Below are positions 43,601-58,799 of a stretch of DNA of 64,000 nucleotides, piece by piece. The DNA comes from Auanema rhodensis (Eukaryota > Animalia > Nematoda): the NCBI GenBank assembly GCA_964057225.1, contig OZ059900.1, positions 22,382,001-22,446,000 of the forward strand. Reading direction: 5' to 3'. The notes beneath the pieces are model-generated. The model was not told the DNA's origin and did no database searches. It saw only the letters and a program-made list of their open reading frames with translations. Position 1 is the first letter of the stretch; every line of letters starts with the position of its first letter. The position numbers and the translations under genes were made by a program.

Positions 43601-46600
43601 CGACAAAAAAACAGGGGTTAGAAAATTAAGGAAATTAGCATATTCTGAGGGCACGCCCCTTATGGCTAATATTGATTAAATCGATTTTTGTTCATATGAG
43701 TCGTCAAATGCAACAAATTTCAGCGTGTTACATACTAAAATGAAGCATTTTACAAGCTGAACACTAGAAAAATACAAAAACACAGTTTTTCCCATGAGAA
43801 ATATTTTATTATGCTGGAAAACCAGTTTTTGGAAATTTCGCTGTAAACAAGGTTTTGACTTACGATTTCATGTGTTCAAACTCATGCAATGTCAATGAAA
43901 CCTAGCTCAAAATTGTTCGTACAACGTCTAGTTCCACTTTCACGACAAAAAAACAGGGGTTAGAAAAATAAGGAAATTAGCATATTCTGAGGGCACGCCC
44001 CTTATGGCTAATATTGATTAAATCGATTTTTGTTCATATGAGTCGTCAAATGCAACAAATTTCAGCGTGTTACATACTAAAATGAAGCATTTTACAAGCT
44101 GAACACTAGAAAAATACAAAAACACAGTTTTTCCCATGAGAAATATTTTATTATGCTGGAAACCAGTTTTTGGAATTTTCGCTGTAAACAAGGTTTTGAC
44201 TTACGATTTCATGTGTTCAAACTCATGCAATGTCAATGAAACCTAGCTCAAAATTGTTCGTACAACGTCTAGTTCCACTTTCACGACAAAAAAACAGGGG
44301 TTAGAAAATTTAGGAAATTAGCATATTCTGAGGGCACGCCCCTTATGGCTAATATTGATTAAATCGATTTTTGTTCATATGAGTCGTCAAAAGCAACGAA
44401 TTTCAGCGTGTTACATACTAAAATGAAGTATTTTACATGCTGAACACTAGAAAAATACAAAAACACAGTATTTCCCATGAGAAATATTTTATTATGCTGG
44501 AAAACCAGTTTTTGGAAATTTCGCTGTAAACAAGGTTTTGACTTACGATTTCATGTGTTCAAACTCATGCAATGTCAATGAAACCTTGCTCAAAATTGTT
44601 CCTACAACGTCTAGTTCCACTTTCACGACAAAAAAACAGGGGTTAGAAAATTAAGGAAATTAGCATATTCTGAGGGCACGCCCCTTATGGCTAATATTGA
44701 TTAAATCGATTTTTGTTCATATGAGTCGTCAAATGAAACGAATTTCAGGGTGTTACATACTAAAATGAAGCATTTTACATGCTGAACACTATAAAAATAC
44801 AAAAACACAGTATTTCCCATGAGAAATATTTTATTATGCTGGAAAACCAGTTTTTGGAAAGTTCGCTGTAAACAAGGTTTTGACTTACGATTTCATGTGT
44901 TCAAACTCATGCAATGTCAATGAAACCTAGCTCAAAATTGTTCCTACAACGTCTAATTCCACTTTCACGACAAAAAAACAGGGGTTAGAAAATTAAGGAA
45001 ATTAGCATATTCTGAGGGCACGCCCCTTATGGCTAATATTGATTAAATCGATTTTTGTTCATATGAGTCGTCAAATGAAACGAATTTCAGCGTGTTACAT
45101 ACTATAATGGAGTATTTTACATGCTGAACACTAGAAAAATACAAAAACACAGTATTTCCCATGAGAAATATTTTATTATGCTGGAAAACCAGTTTTTGGA
45201 AATTTCGCTGTAAACAAGGTTTTGACTTACGATTTCATGTGTTCAAACTCATGCAATGTCAATGAAACCTAGCTCAAAATTGTTCCTACAACGTCTAGTT
45301 CCACTTTCACGACAAAAAACAGGGGTTAGAAAATTAAGGAAATTAGCATATTCTGAGGGCACGCCCCTTATGGCTTATATTGATTAAATCGATTTTTGTT
45401 CATATGAGTCGTCAAATGCAACGAATTTCAGCGTGTTACATACTATAATGGAGTATTTTACATGCTGAACACTAGAAAAATACAAAAACACAGTATTTCC
45501 CATGAGAAATATTTTATTATGCTGGAAAACCAGTTTTTGGAAATTTCGCTGTAAACAAGGTTTTGACTTACGATTTCATGTGTTCGAACTCATGCAATGT
45601 CAATGAAACCTAGCTCAAAATTGTTCCTACAACGTCTAGTTCCACTTTCACGACAAAAAACAGGGGTTAGAAAATTAAGGAAATTAGCATATTCTGAGGG
45701 CACGCCCCTTATGGCTAATATTGATTAAATCGATTTTTGTTCATATGAGTCGTCAAATGCAACGAATTTCAGCGTGTTACATACTAAAATGAAGCATTTT
45801 ACATGCTGAACACTAAAAAAATACAAAAACACAGTATTTCCCATGAGAAATATTTTATTATGCTGGAAAACCAGTTTTTGGAAATTTCGCTGTAAACAAG
45901 GTTTTGACTTACGATTTCATGTGTTCAAACTCATGCAATGTCAATGAAACCTAGCTCAAAATTGTTCCTACAACGTCTAATTCCACTTTCACGACAAAAA
46001 AACAGGGGTTAGAAAATTAAGGAAATTAGCATATTCTGAGGGCACGCCCCTTATGGCTAATATTGATTAAATCGATTTTTGTTCATATGAGTCGTCAAAT
46101 GCAACGAATTTCAGCGTGTTACATACTAAAATGAAGTATTTTACATGCTGAACACTAGAAAAATACAAAAACACAGTATTTCCCATGAGAAATATTTTAT
46201 TATGCTGGAAAACCAGTTTTTGGAAATTTCGCTGTAAAAAAGGTTTTGACTTACGATTTCATGTGTTCAAACTCATGCAATGTCAATGAAACCTAGCTCA
46301 AAATTGTTCCTACAACGTCTAGTTCCACTTTCACGACAAAAAACAGGGGTTAGAAAATTAAGGAAATTAGCATATTCTGAGGGCACGCCCCTTATGGCTT
46401 ATATTGATTAAATCGATTTTTGTTCATATGAGTCGTCAAATGCAACGAATTTCAGCGTGTTACATACTAAAATGGAGTATTTTACATGCTGAACACTAGA
46501 AAAATACAAAAACACAGTATTTCCCATGAGAAATATTTTATTATGCTGGAAAACCAGTTTTTGGAAATTTCGCTGTAAACAAGGTTTTGACTTACGATTT

Positions 46601-49600
46601 CATGTGTTCGAACTCATGCAATGTCAATGAAACCTAGCTCAAAATTGTTCCTACAACGTCTAGTTCCACTTTCACGACAAAAAACAGGGGTTAGAAAATT
46701 AAGGAAATTAGCATATTCTGAGGGCACGCCCCTTATGGCTAATATTGATTAAATCGATTTTTGTTCATATGAGTCGTCAAATGCAACGAATTTCAGCGTG
46801 TTACATACTAAAATGAAGCATTTTACATGCTGAACACTAGAAAAATACAAAAACACAGTATTTCCCATGAGAAATATTTTATTATGCTGGAAAACCAGTT
46901 TTTGGAAATTTCGCTGTAAACAAGGTTTTGACTTACGATTTCATGTGTTCAAACTCATGCAATGTCAATGAAACCTAGCTCAAAATTGTTCCTACAACGT
47001 CTAATTCCACTTTCACGACAAAAAAACAGGGGTTAGAAAATTAAGGAAATTAGCATATTCTGAGGGCACGCCCCTTATGGCTAATATTGATTAAATCGAT
47101 TTTTGTTCATATGAGTCGTCAAATGCAACGAATTTCAGCGTGTTACATACTAAAATGAAGCATTTTACATGCTGAACACTAAAAAAATACAAAAACACAG
47201 TATTTCCCATGAGAAATATTTTATTATGCTGGAAAACCAGTTTTTGGAAATTTCGCTGTAAACAAGGTTTTGACTTACGATTTCATGTGTTCAAACTCAT
47301 GCAATGTCAATGAAACCTAGCTCAAAATTGTTCGTACAACGTCTAGTTCCACTTTCACGACAAAAAAACAGGGGTTAGAAAATTTAGGAAATTAGCATAT
47401 TCTGAGGGCACGCCCCTTATGGCTAATATTGATTAAATCGATTTTTGTTCATATGAGTCGTCAAAAGCAACGAATTTCAGCGTGTTACATACTAAAATGA
47501 AGTATTTTACATGCTGAACACTAGAAAAATACAAAAACACAGTATTTCCCATGAGAAATATTTTATTATGCTGGAAAACCAGTTTTTGGAAATTTCGCTG
47601 TAAACAAGGTTTTGACTTACGATTTCATGTGTTCAAACTCATGCAATGTCAATGAAACCTAGCTCAAAATTGTTCGTACAACGTCTAGTTCCACTTTCAC
47701 GACAAAAAAACAGGGGTTCGAAAATTAAGGAAATTAGCATATTCTGAGGGCACGCCCCTTATGGCTAATATTGATTAAATCGATTTTTGTTCATATGAGT
47801 CGTCAAATGCAACAAATTTCAGCGTGTTACATACTAAAATGAAGCATTTTACAAGCTGAACACTAGAAAAATACAAAAACACAGTTTTTCCCATGAGAAA
47901 TATTTTATTATGCTGGAAAACCAGTTTTTGGAAATTTCGCTGTAAACAAGGTTTTGACTTACGATTTCATGTGTTCAAACTCATGCAATGTCAATGAAAC
48001 CTAGCTCAAAATTGTTCGTACAACGTCTAGTTCCACTTTCACGACAAAAAAACAGGGGTTAGAAAATTTAGGAAATTAGCATATTCTGAGGGCACGCCCC
48101 TTATGGCTAATATTGATTAAATCGATTTTGGTTCATATGAGTCGTCAAATGCAACGAATTTCAGCGTGTTACATACTAAAATGAAGCATTTTACATGCTG
48201 AACACTAGAAAAATACAAAAACACAGTTTTACCCATGAGAAATATTTTATTATGCTGGAAAACCAGTTTTTGGAAATTTCGCTGTAAACAAGGTTTTGAC
48301 TTACGATTTCATGTGTTCAAACTCATGCAATGTCAATGAAACCTAGCTCAAAATTGTTCGTACAACGTCTAGTTCCACTTTCACGACAAAAAAACAGGGG
48401 TTAGAAAATTTAGGAAATTAGCATATTCTGAGGGCACGCCCCTTATGGCTAATATTGATTAAATCGATTTTTGTTCATATGAGTCGTCAAATGCAACGAA
48501 TTTCAGCGTGTTACATACTAAAATGAAGTATTTTACATGCTGAACACTAGAAAAATACAAAAACACAGTATTTCCCATGAGAAATATTTTATTATGCTGG
48601 AAAACCAGTTTTTGGAAATTTCGCTGTAAACAAGGTTTTGACTTACGATTTCATGTGTTCAAACTCATGCAATGTCAATGAAACCTTGCTCAAAATTGTT
48701 CCTACAACGTCTAGTTCCACTTTCACGACAAAAAAACAGGGGTTAGAAAATTAAGGAAATTAGCATATTCTGAGGGCACGCCCCTTATGGCTAATATTGA
48801 TTAAATCGATTTTTGTTCATATGAGTCGTCAAATGAAACGAATTTCAGGGTGTTACATACAAAAATGAAGCATTTTACATGCTGAACACTATAAAAATAC
48901 AAAAACACAGTATTTCCCATGAGAAATATTTTATTATGCTGGAAAACCAGTTTTTGGAAAGTTCGCTGTAAACAAGGTTTTGACTTACGATTTCATGTGT
49001 TCAAACTCATGCAATGTCAATGAAACCTTGCTCAAAATTGTTTCTACAACGTCTAGTTCCACTTTCACGACAAAAAAACAGGGGTTAGAAAATTAAGGAA
49101 ATTAGCATATTCTGAGGGCACGCCCCTTATGGCTAATATTGATTAAATCGATTTTTGTTCATATGAGTCGTCAAATGAAACGAATTTCAGGGTGTTACAT
49201 ACTAAAATGAAGCATTTTACATGCTGAACACTATAAAAATACAAAAACTTAGTATTTCCCATGAGAAATATTTTATTATGCTGGAAAACCAGTTTTTGGA
49301 AAGTTCGCTGTAAACAAGGTTTTGACTTACGATTTCATGTGTTCAAACTCATGCAATGTCAATGAAACCTAGCTCAAAATTGTTCCTACAACGTCTTATT
49401 CCACTTTCACGACAAAAAAACAGGGGTTAGAAAATTAAGGAAATTAGCATATTCTGAGGGCACGCCCCTTATGGCTAATATTGATTAAATCGATTTTTGT
49501 TCATATGAGTCGTCAAATGCAACGAATTTCAGCGTGTTACATACTTAAATGAAGTATTTTACATGCTGAACACTAGAAAAATACAAAAACACAGTATTTC

Positions 49601-49911
49601 CCATGAGAAATATTTTATTATGCTGGAAAACCAGTTTTTGGAAATTTCGCTGTAAACAAGGTTTTGACTTACGATTTCATGTGTTCAAACTCATGCAATG
49701 TCAATGAAACCTAGCTCAAAATTGTTCCTACAACGTCTAGTTCCACTTTCACGACAAAAAACAGGGGTTAGAAAATTAAGGAAATTAGCATATTCTGAGG
49801 GCACGCCCCTTATGGCTTATATTGATTAAATCGATTTTTGTTCATATGAGTCGTCAAATGCAACGAATTTCAGCGTGTTACATACTAAAATGGAGTATTT
49901 TACATGCTGAA
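32828..49911. repeat. 25-mer tandem duplication, period 8,542 bp (32828-41369 and 41370-49911)
   Basis: Private variants recur at exactly +8542: GAAAAATAAG 35421/43963, TGTAAAAAAG 37691/46233, GGGGTTCG (C at 39177/47719), AAAACTTAG (C at 40706/49248). Confidence 0.93.
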
Positions 49912-51619
49912 CACTATAAAAATACAAAAACACAGTATTTCCCATGAGAAATATTTTATTATGCTGGAAAACCAGTTTTTGGAAATTTCGCTGTAAACAA
50001 GGTTTTGACTTACGATTTCATGTGTTCAAACTCATGCAATGTCAATGAAACCTAGCTCAAAATTGTTCTACAACGTCTAATTCCACTTTCACGACAAAAA
50101 AACAGGGGTTAGAAAATTAAGGAAATTAGCATATTCTGAGGGCACGCCCCTTATGGCTAATATTGATTAAATCGATTTTTGTTCATATGAGTCGTCAAAT
50201 GCAACGAATTTCAGCGTGTTACATACTAAAATGGAGCATTTTACATGCTGAACACTAGAAAAATACAAAAACACAGTATTTCCCATGAGAAATATTTTAT
50301 TATGCTGGAAAACCAGTTTTTGGAAATTTCGCTGTAAACAAGGTTTTGACTTACGATTTCATGTGTTCAAACTCATGCAATGTCAATGAGACCTAGCTCA
50401 AAATTGTTCGTACAACGTCTAGTTCCACTTTCACGACAAAAAAACAGGGGTTAGAAAATTAAGGAAATTAGCATATTCTGAGGGCACGCCCCTTATGGCT
50501 AATATTGATTAAATCGATTTTTGTTCATATGAGTCGTCAAATGCAACAAATTTCAGCGTGTTACATACTAAAATGAAGCATTTTACAAGCTGAACACTAG
50601 AAAAATACAAAAACACAGTTTTTCCCATGAGAAATATTTTATTATGCTGGAAAACCAGTTTTTGGAAATTTCGCTGTAAACAAGGTTTTGACTTACGATT
50701 TCATGTGTTCAAACTCATGCAATGTCAATGAAACCTAGCTCAAAATTGTTCGTACAACGTCTAGTTCCACTTTCACGACAAAAAAACAGGGGTTAGAAAA
50801 TTTAGGAAATTAGCATATTCTGAGGGCACGCCCCTTATGGCTAATATTGATTAAATCGATTTTGGTTCATATGAGTCGTCAAATGCAACGAATTTCAGCG
50901 TGTTACATACTAAAATGAAGCATTTTACATGCTGAACACTAGAAAAATACAAAAACACAGTTTTACCCATGAGAAATATTTTATTATGCTGGAAAACCAG
51001 TTTTTGGAAATTTCGCTGTAAACAAGGTTTTGACTTACGATTTCATGTGTTCAAACTCATGCAATGTCAATGAAACCTAGCTCAAAATTGTTCGTACAAC
51101 GTCTAGTTCCACTTTCACGACAAAAAAACAGGGGTTAGAAAATTTGGGAAATTAGCATATTCTGAGGGCACGCCCCTTATGGCTAATATTGATTAAATCG
51201 ATTTTTGTTCATATGAGTCGTCAAATGCAACGAATTTCAGCGTGTTACATACTAAAATGAAGCATTTTACATGCTGAACACTAGAAAAATACAAAAACAC
51301 AGTATTTCCCATGAGAAATATTTTATTATGCTGGAAAACCAGTTTTTGGAAATTTCGCTGTAAACAAGGTTTTGACTTACGATTTCATGTGTTCAAACTC
51401 ATGCAATGTCAATGAAACCTAGCTCAAAATTGTTCCTACAACGTCTAGTTCCACTTTCACGACAAAAAACAGGGGTTAGAAAATTAAGGAAATTAGCATA
51501 TTCTGAGGGCACGCCCCTTATGGCTAATATTGATTAAATCGATTTTTGTTCATATGAGTCGTCAAATGCAACGAATTTCAGCGTGTTACATACTAAAATG
51601 AAGCATTTTACATGCTGAA

Positions 51620-53669
51620 CACTAGAAAAATACAAAAACACAGTATTTCCCATGAGAAATATTTTATTATGCTGGAAAACCAGTTTTTGGAAATTTCGCT
51701 GTAAACAAGGTTTTGACTTACGATTTCATGTGTTCAAACTCATGCAATGTCAATGAAACCTAGCTCAAAATTGTTCGTACAACGTCTAGTTCCACTTTCA
51801 CGACAAAAAAACAGGGGTTAGAAAATTTAGGAAATTAGCATATTCTGAGGGCACGCCCCTTATGGCTAATATTGATTAAATCGATTTTTGTTCATATGAG
51901 TCGTCAAATGCAACGAATTTCAGCGTGTTACATACTAAAATGAAGCATTTTACATGCTGAACACTAGAAAAATACAAAAACACAGTATTTCCCATGAGAA
52001 ATATTTTATTATGCTGGAAAACCAGTTTTTGGAAATTTCGCTGTAAACAAGGTTTTGACTTACGATTTCATGTGTTCAAACTCATGCAATGTCAATGAAA
52101 CCTAGCTCAAAATTGTTCCTACAACGTCTAGTTCCACTTTCACGACAAAAAACAGGGGTTAGAAAATTAAGGAAATTAGCATATTCTGAGGGCACGCCCC
52201 TTATGGCTAATATTGATTAAATCGATTTTTGTTCATATGAGTCGTCAAATGCAACGAATTTCAGCGTGTTACATACTAAAATGAAGCATTTTACATGCTG
52301 AACACTAGAAAAATACAAAAACACAGTATTTCCCATGAGAAATATTTTATTATGCTGGAAAACCAGTTTTTGGAAATTTCGCTGTAAACAAGGTTTTGAC
52401 TTACGATTTCATGTGTTCAAACTCATGCAATGTCAATGAAACCTAGCTCAAAATTGTTCCTACAACGTCTAATTCCACTTTCACGACAAAAAAACAGGGG
52501 TTAGAAAATTAAGGAAATTAGCATATTCTGAGGGCACGCCCCTTATGGCTAATATTGATTAAATCGATTTTTGTTCATATGAGTCGTCAAATGCAACGAA
52601 TTTCAGCGTGTTACATACTAAAATGAAGCATTTTACATGCTGAACACTAGAAAAATACAAAAACACAGTATTTCCCATGAGAAATATTTTATTATGCTGG
52701 AAAACCAGTTTTTGGAAATTTCGCTGTAAACAAGGTTTTGACTTACGATTTCATGTGTTCAAACTCATGCAATGTCAATGAAACCTAGCTCAAAATTGTT
52801 CGTACAACGTCTAGTTCCACTTTCACGACAAAAAAACAGGGGTTAGAAAATTTAGGAAATTAGCATATTCTGAGGGCACGCCCCTTATGGCTAATATTGA
52901 TTAAATCGATTTTTGTTCATATGAGTCGTCAAATGCAACGAATTTCAGCGTGTTACATACTAAAATGAAGCATTTTACATGCTGAACACTAGAAAAATAC
53001 AAAAACACAGTATTTCCCATGAGAAATATTTTATTATGCTGGAAAACCAGTTTTTGGAAATTTCGCTGTAAACAAGGTTTTGACTTACGATTTCATGTGT
53101 TCAAACTCATGCAATGTCAATGAAACCTAGCTCAAAATTGTTCCTACAACGTCTAGTTCCACTTTCACGACAAAAAACAGGGGTTAGAAAATTAAGGAAA
53201 TTAGCATATTCTGAGGGCACGCCCCTTATGGCTAATATTGATTAAATCGATTTTTGTTCATATGAGTCGTCAAATGCAACGAATTTCAGCGTGTTACATA
53301 CTAAAATGAAGCATTTTACATGCTGAACACTAGAAAAATACAAAAACACAGTATTTCCCATGAGAAATATTTTATTATGCTGGAAAACCAGTTTTTGGAA
53401 ATTTCGCTGTAAACAAGGTTTTGACTTACGATTTCATGTGTTCAAACTCATGCAATGTCAATGAAACCTAGCTCAAAATTGTTCCTACAACGTCTAATTC
53501 CACTTTCACGACAAAAAAACAGGGGTTAGAAAATTAAGGAAATTAGCATATTCTGAGGGCACGCCCCTTATGGCTAATATTGATTAAATCGATTTTTGTT
53601 CATATGAGTCGTCAAATGCAACGAATTTTAGCGTGTTACATACTAAAATGAAGCATTTTACATGCTGAA
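51620..53669. repeat. 3-mer tandem duplication, period 1,025 bp
   Basis: The order CGTA+TTTAGG / CCTA+A6 / TCTAAT starts at 51620 and again at 52645. Confidence 0.75.
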
Positions 53670-56600
53670 CACTAGAAAAATACAAAAACACAGTATTTCC
53701 CATGAGAAATATTTTATTATGCTGGAAAACCAGTTTTTGGAAATTTCGCTGTAAACAAGGTTTTGACTTACGATTTCATGTGTTCAAACTCATGCAATGT
53801 CAATGAAACCTAGCTCAAAATTGTTCGTACAACGTCTAGTTCCACTTTCACGACAAAAAAACAGGGGTTAGAAAATTAAGGAAATTAGCATATTCTGAGG
53901 GCACGCCCCTTATGGCTAATATTGTTTAAATCGATTTTTGTTCATATGAGTCGTCAAATGCAACGAATTTCAGCGTGTTACATACTAAAATGAAGCATTT
54001 TACATGCTGAACACTAGAAAAATACAAAAACACAGTATTTCCCATGAGAAATATTTTATTATGCTGGAAAACCAGTTTTTGGAAATTTCGCTGTAAACAA
54101 GGTTTTGACTTACGATTTCATGTGTTCAAACTCATGCAATGTCAATGAAACCTTGCTCAAAATTGTTCCTACAACGTCTAGTTCCACTTTCACGACAAAA
54201 AAACAGGGGTTAGAAAATTAAGGAAATTAGCATATTCTGAGGGCACGCCCCTTATGGCTAATATTGATTAAATCGATTTTTGTTCATATGAGTCGTCAAA
54301 TGCAACAAATTTCAGCGTGTTACATACTAAAATGAAGCATTTTACATGCTGAACACTAGAAAAATACAAAAACACAGTTTTTCCCATGAGAAATATTTTA
54401 TTATGCTGGAAAACCAGTTTTTGGAAATTTCGCTGTAAACAAGGTTTTGACTTACGATTTCATGTGTTCAAACTCATGCAATGTCAATGAAACCTAGCTC
54501 AAAATTGTTCCTACAACGTCTAGTTCCACTTTCACGACAAAAAAACAGGGGTTAGAAAATTTAGGAAATTAGCATATTCTGAGGGCACGCCCCTTATGGC
54601 TAATATTGATTAAATCGATTTTTGTTCATATGAGTCGTCAAATGCAACGAATTTCAGCGTATTACATACTAAAATGAAGTATTTCACATGCTGAACACTA
54701 GAAAAATACAAAAACACAGTATTTCCCATGAGAAATATTTTATTATGCTGGAAAACCAGTTTTTGGAAATTTCACTGTAAACAAGGTTTTGACTTACGAT
54801 TTCATGTGTTCAAACTCATGCAATGTCAATGAAACCTTGCTCAAAATTGTTCCTACAACGTCTAGTTCCACTTTCACGACAAAAAAACAGGGGTTAGAAA
54901 ATTAAGGAAATTAGCATATTCTGAGGGCACGCCCCTTATGGCTAATATTGATTAAATCGATTTTTGTTCATATGAGTCGTCAAATGAAACGAATTTCAGG
55001 GTGTTACATACTAAAATGAAGCATTTTACATGCTGAACACTATAAAAATACAAAAACACAGTATTTCCCATGAGAAATATTTTATTATGCTGGAAAACCA
55101 GTTTTTGGAAAGTTCGCTGTAAACAAGGTTTTGACTTACGATTTCATGTGTTCAAACTCATGCAATGTCAATGAAACCTAGCTCAAAATTGTTCCTACAA
55201 CGTCTAATTCCACTTTCACGACAAAAAAACAGGGGTTAGAAAATTAAGGAAATTAGCACATTCTGAGGGCACGCCCCTTATGGCTAATATTGATTAAATC
55301 GATTTTTGTTCATATGAGTCGTCAAATGCATTGAATTTCAGCGTGTTACATACTAAAATGAAGCATTTCACATGCTGAACACTAGAAAAATACAAAAACA
55401 CAGTATTTCCCATGAGAAATATTTTATTATGCTGGAAAACCAGTTTTTGGAAATTTCGCTGTAAACAAGGTTTTGACTTACGATTTCATGTGTTCAAACT
55501 CATGCAATGTCAATGAAACCTAGCTCAAAATTGTTCCTACAACGTCTAGTTCCACTTTCACGACAAAAAAACAGGGGTTAGAAAATTAAGGAAATTAGCA
55601 TATTCTGAGGGCACGCCCCTTATGGCTAATATTGATTAAATCGATTTTTGTTCATATGAGTCGTCAAATGCAACGAATTTCAGCGTGTTACATACTAAAA
55701 TGAAGCATTTTACATGCTGAACACTATAAAAATACAAAAACACAGTATTTCCCATGAGAAATATTTTATTATGCTGGAAAACCAGTTTTTGGAAAGTTCG
55801 CTGTAAACAAGGTTTTGACTTACGATTTCATGTGTTCAAACTCATGCAATGTCAATGAAACCTTGCTCAAAATTGTTCCTACAACGTCTAGTTCCACTTT
55901 CACGACAAAAAAACAGGGGTTAGAAAATTTAGAAAATTAGCATATTCTGAGGGCACGCCCCTTATGGCTAATATTGATTAAATCGATTTTTGTTCATATG
56001 AGTCGTCAAATGCAACGAATTTCAGCGTGTTACATACTAAAATGAAGCATTTTACATGCTGAACACTATAAAAATACAAAAACACAGTATTTCCCATGAG
56101 AAATATTTTATTATGCTGGAAAACCAGTTTTTGGAAAGTTCGCTGTAAACAAGGTTTTGACTTACGATTTCATGTGTTCAAACTCATGCAATGTCAATGA
56201 AACCTTGCTCAAAATTGTTCCTACAACGTCTAGTTCCACTTTCACGACAAAAAAACAGGGGTTAGAAAATTTAGAAAATTAGCATATTCTGAGGGCACGC
56301 CCCTTATGGCTAATATTGATTAAATCGATTTTTGTTCATATGAGTCGTCAAATGAAACGAATTTCAGGGTGTTACATACTAAAATGAAGCATTTTACATG
56401 CTGAACACTATAAAAATACAAAAACACAGTATTTCCCATGAGAAATATTTTATTATGCTGGAAAACCAGTTTTTGGAAAGTTCGCTGTAAACAAGGTTTT
56501 GACTTACGATTTCATGTGTTCAAACTCATGCAATGTCAATGAAACCTAGCTCAAAATTGTTCGTACAACGTCTAGTTCCACTTTCACGACAAAAAAACAG

Positions 56601-56747
56601 GGGTTAGAAAATTAAGGAAATTAGCATATTCTGAGGGCACGCCCCTTATGGCTAATATTGATTAAATCGATTTTTGTTCATATGAGTCGTCAAATGCAAC
56701 GAATTTCAGCGTGTTACATACTAAAATGAAGCATTTTACATGCTGAA

Positions 56748-58799
56748 CACTAGAAAAATACAAAAACACAGTATTTCCCATGAGAAATATTTTATTATGC
56801 TGGAAAACCAGTTTTTGGAAATTTCGCTGTAAACAAGGTTTTGACTTACGATTTCATGTGTTCAAACTCATGCAATGTCAATGAAACCTAGCTCAAAATT
56901 GTTCCTACAACGTCTAGTTCCACTTTCACGACAAAAAAACAGGGGTTAGAAAATTTAGGAAATTAGCATATTCTGAGGGCACGCCCCTTATGGCTAATAT
57001 TGATTAAATCGATTTTTGTTCATATGAGTCGTCAAATGCAACGAATTTCAGCGTATTACAAACTAAAATGAAGTATTTCACATGCTGAACACTAGAAAAA
57101 TACAAAAACACAGTATTTCCCATGAGAAATATTTTATTATGCTGGAAAACCAGTTTTTGGAAATTTCGCTGTAAACAAGGTTTTGACTTACGATTTCATG
57201 TGTTCAAACTCATGCAATGTCAATGAAACCTTGCTCAAAATTGTTCCTACAACGTCTAGTTCCACTTTCACGACAAAAAAACAGGGGTTAGAAAATTTAG
57301 GAAATTAGCATATTCTGAGGGCACGCCCCTTATGGCTAATATTGATTAAATCGATTTTTGTTCATATGAGTCGTCAAATGAAACGAATTTCAGGGTGTTA
57401 CATACTAAAATGAAGCATTTTACATGCTGAACACTATAAAAATACAAAAACACAGTATTTCCCATGAGAAATATTTTATTATGCTGGAAAACCAGTTTTT
57501 GGAAAGTTCGCTGTAAACAAGGTTTTGACTTACGATTTCATGTGTTCAAACTCATGCAATGTCAATGAAACCTAGCTCAAAATTGTTCCTACAACGTCTA
57601 ATTCCACTTTCACGACAAAAAAACAGGGGTTAGAAAATTAAGGAAATTAGCACATTCTGAGGGCACGCCCCTTATGGCTAATATTGATTAAATCGATTTT
57701 TGTTCATATGAGTCGTCAAATGCAACGAATTTCAGCGTGTTACATACTAAAATGAAGTATTTTACATGCTGAACACTAGAAAAATACAAAAACACAGTAT
57801 TTCCCATGAGAAATATTTTATTATGCTGGAAAACCAGTTTTTGGAAATTTCGCTGTAAACAAGGTTTTGACTTACGATTTCATGTGTTCAAACTCATGCA
57901 ATGTCAATGAAACCTAGCTCAAAATTGTTCCTACAACGTCTAGTTCCACTTTCACGACAAAAAAACAGGGGTTAGAAAATTTAGGAAATTAGCATATTCT
58001 GAGGGCACGCCCCTTATGGCTAATATTGATTAAATCGATTTTTGTTCATATGAGTCGTCAAATGCAACGAATTTCAGCGTATTACAAACTAAAATGAAGT
58101 ATTTCACATGCTGAACACTAGAAAAATACAAAAACACAGTATTTCCCATGAGAAATATTTTATTATGCTGGAAAACCAGTTTTTGGAAATTTCGCTGTAA
58201 ACAAGGTTTTGACTTACGATTTCATGTGTTCAAACTCATGCAATGTCAATGAAACCTTGCTCAAAATTGTTCCTACAACGTCTAGTTCCACTTTCACGAC
58301 AAAAAAACAGGGGTTAGAAAATTTAGAAAATTAGCATATTCTGAGGGCACGCCCCTTATGGCTAATATTGATTAAATCGATTTTTGTTCATATGAGTCGT
58401 CAAATGAAACGAATTTCAGGGTGTTACATACTAAAATGAAGCATTTTACATGCTGAACACTATAAAAATACAAAAACACAGTATTTCCCATGAGAAATAT
58501 TTTATTATGCTGGAAAACCAGTTTTTGGAAAGTTCGCTGTAAACAAGGTTTTGACTTACGATTTCATGTGTTCAAACTCATGCAATGTCAATGAAACCTA
58601 GCTCAAAATTGTTCCTACAACGTCTAATTCCACTTTCACGACAAAAAAACAGGGGTTAGAAAATTAAGGAAATTAGCACATTCTGAGGGCACGCCCCTTA
58701 TGGCTAATATTGATTAAATCGATTTTTGTTCATATGAGTCGTCAAATGCAACGAATTTCAGCGTGTTACATACTAAAATGAAGTATTTTACATGCTGAA
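56748..58799. repeat. 3-mer tandem duplication, period 1,026 bp (further copy at 62898-63924)
   Basis: The order GCGTATTACAAAC / CCTTGC+CAGGGT / AAAGTT+GCACAT starts at 56748, 57774 and 62898. Confidence 0.82.
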
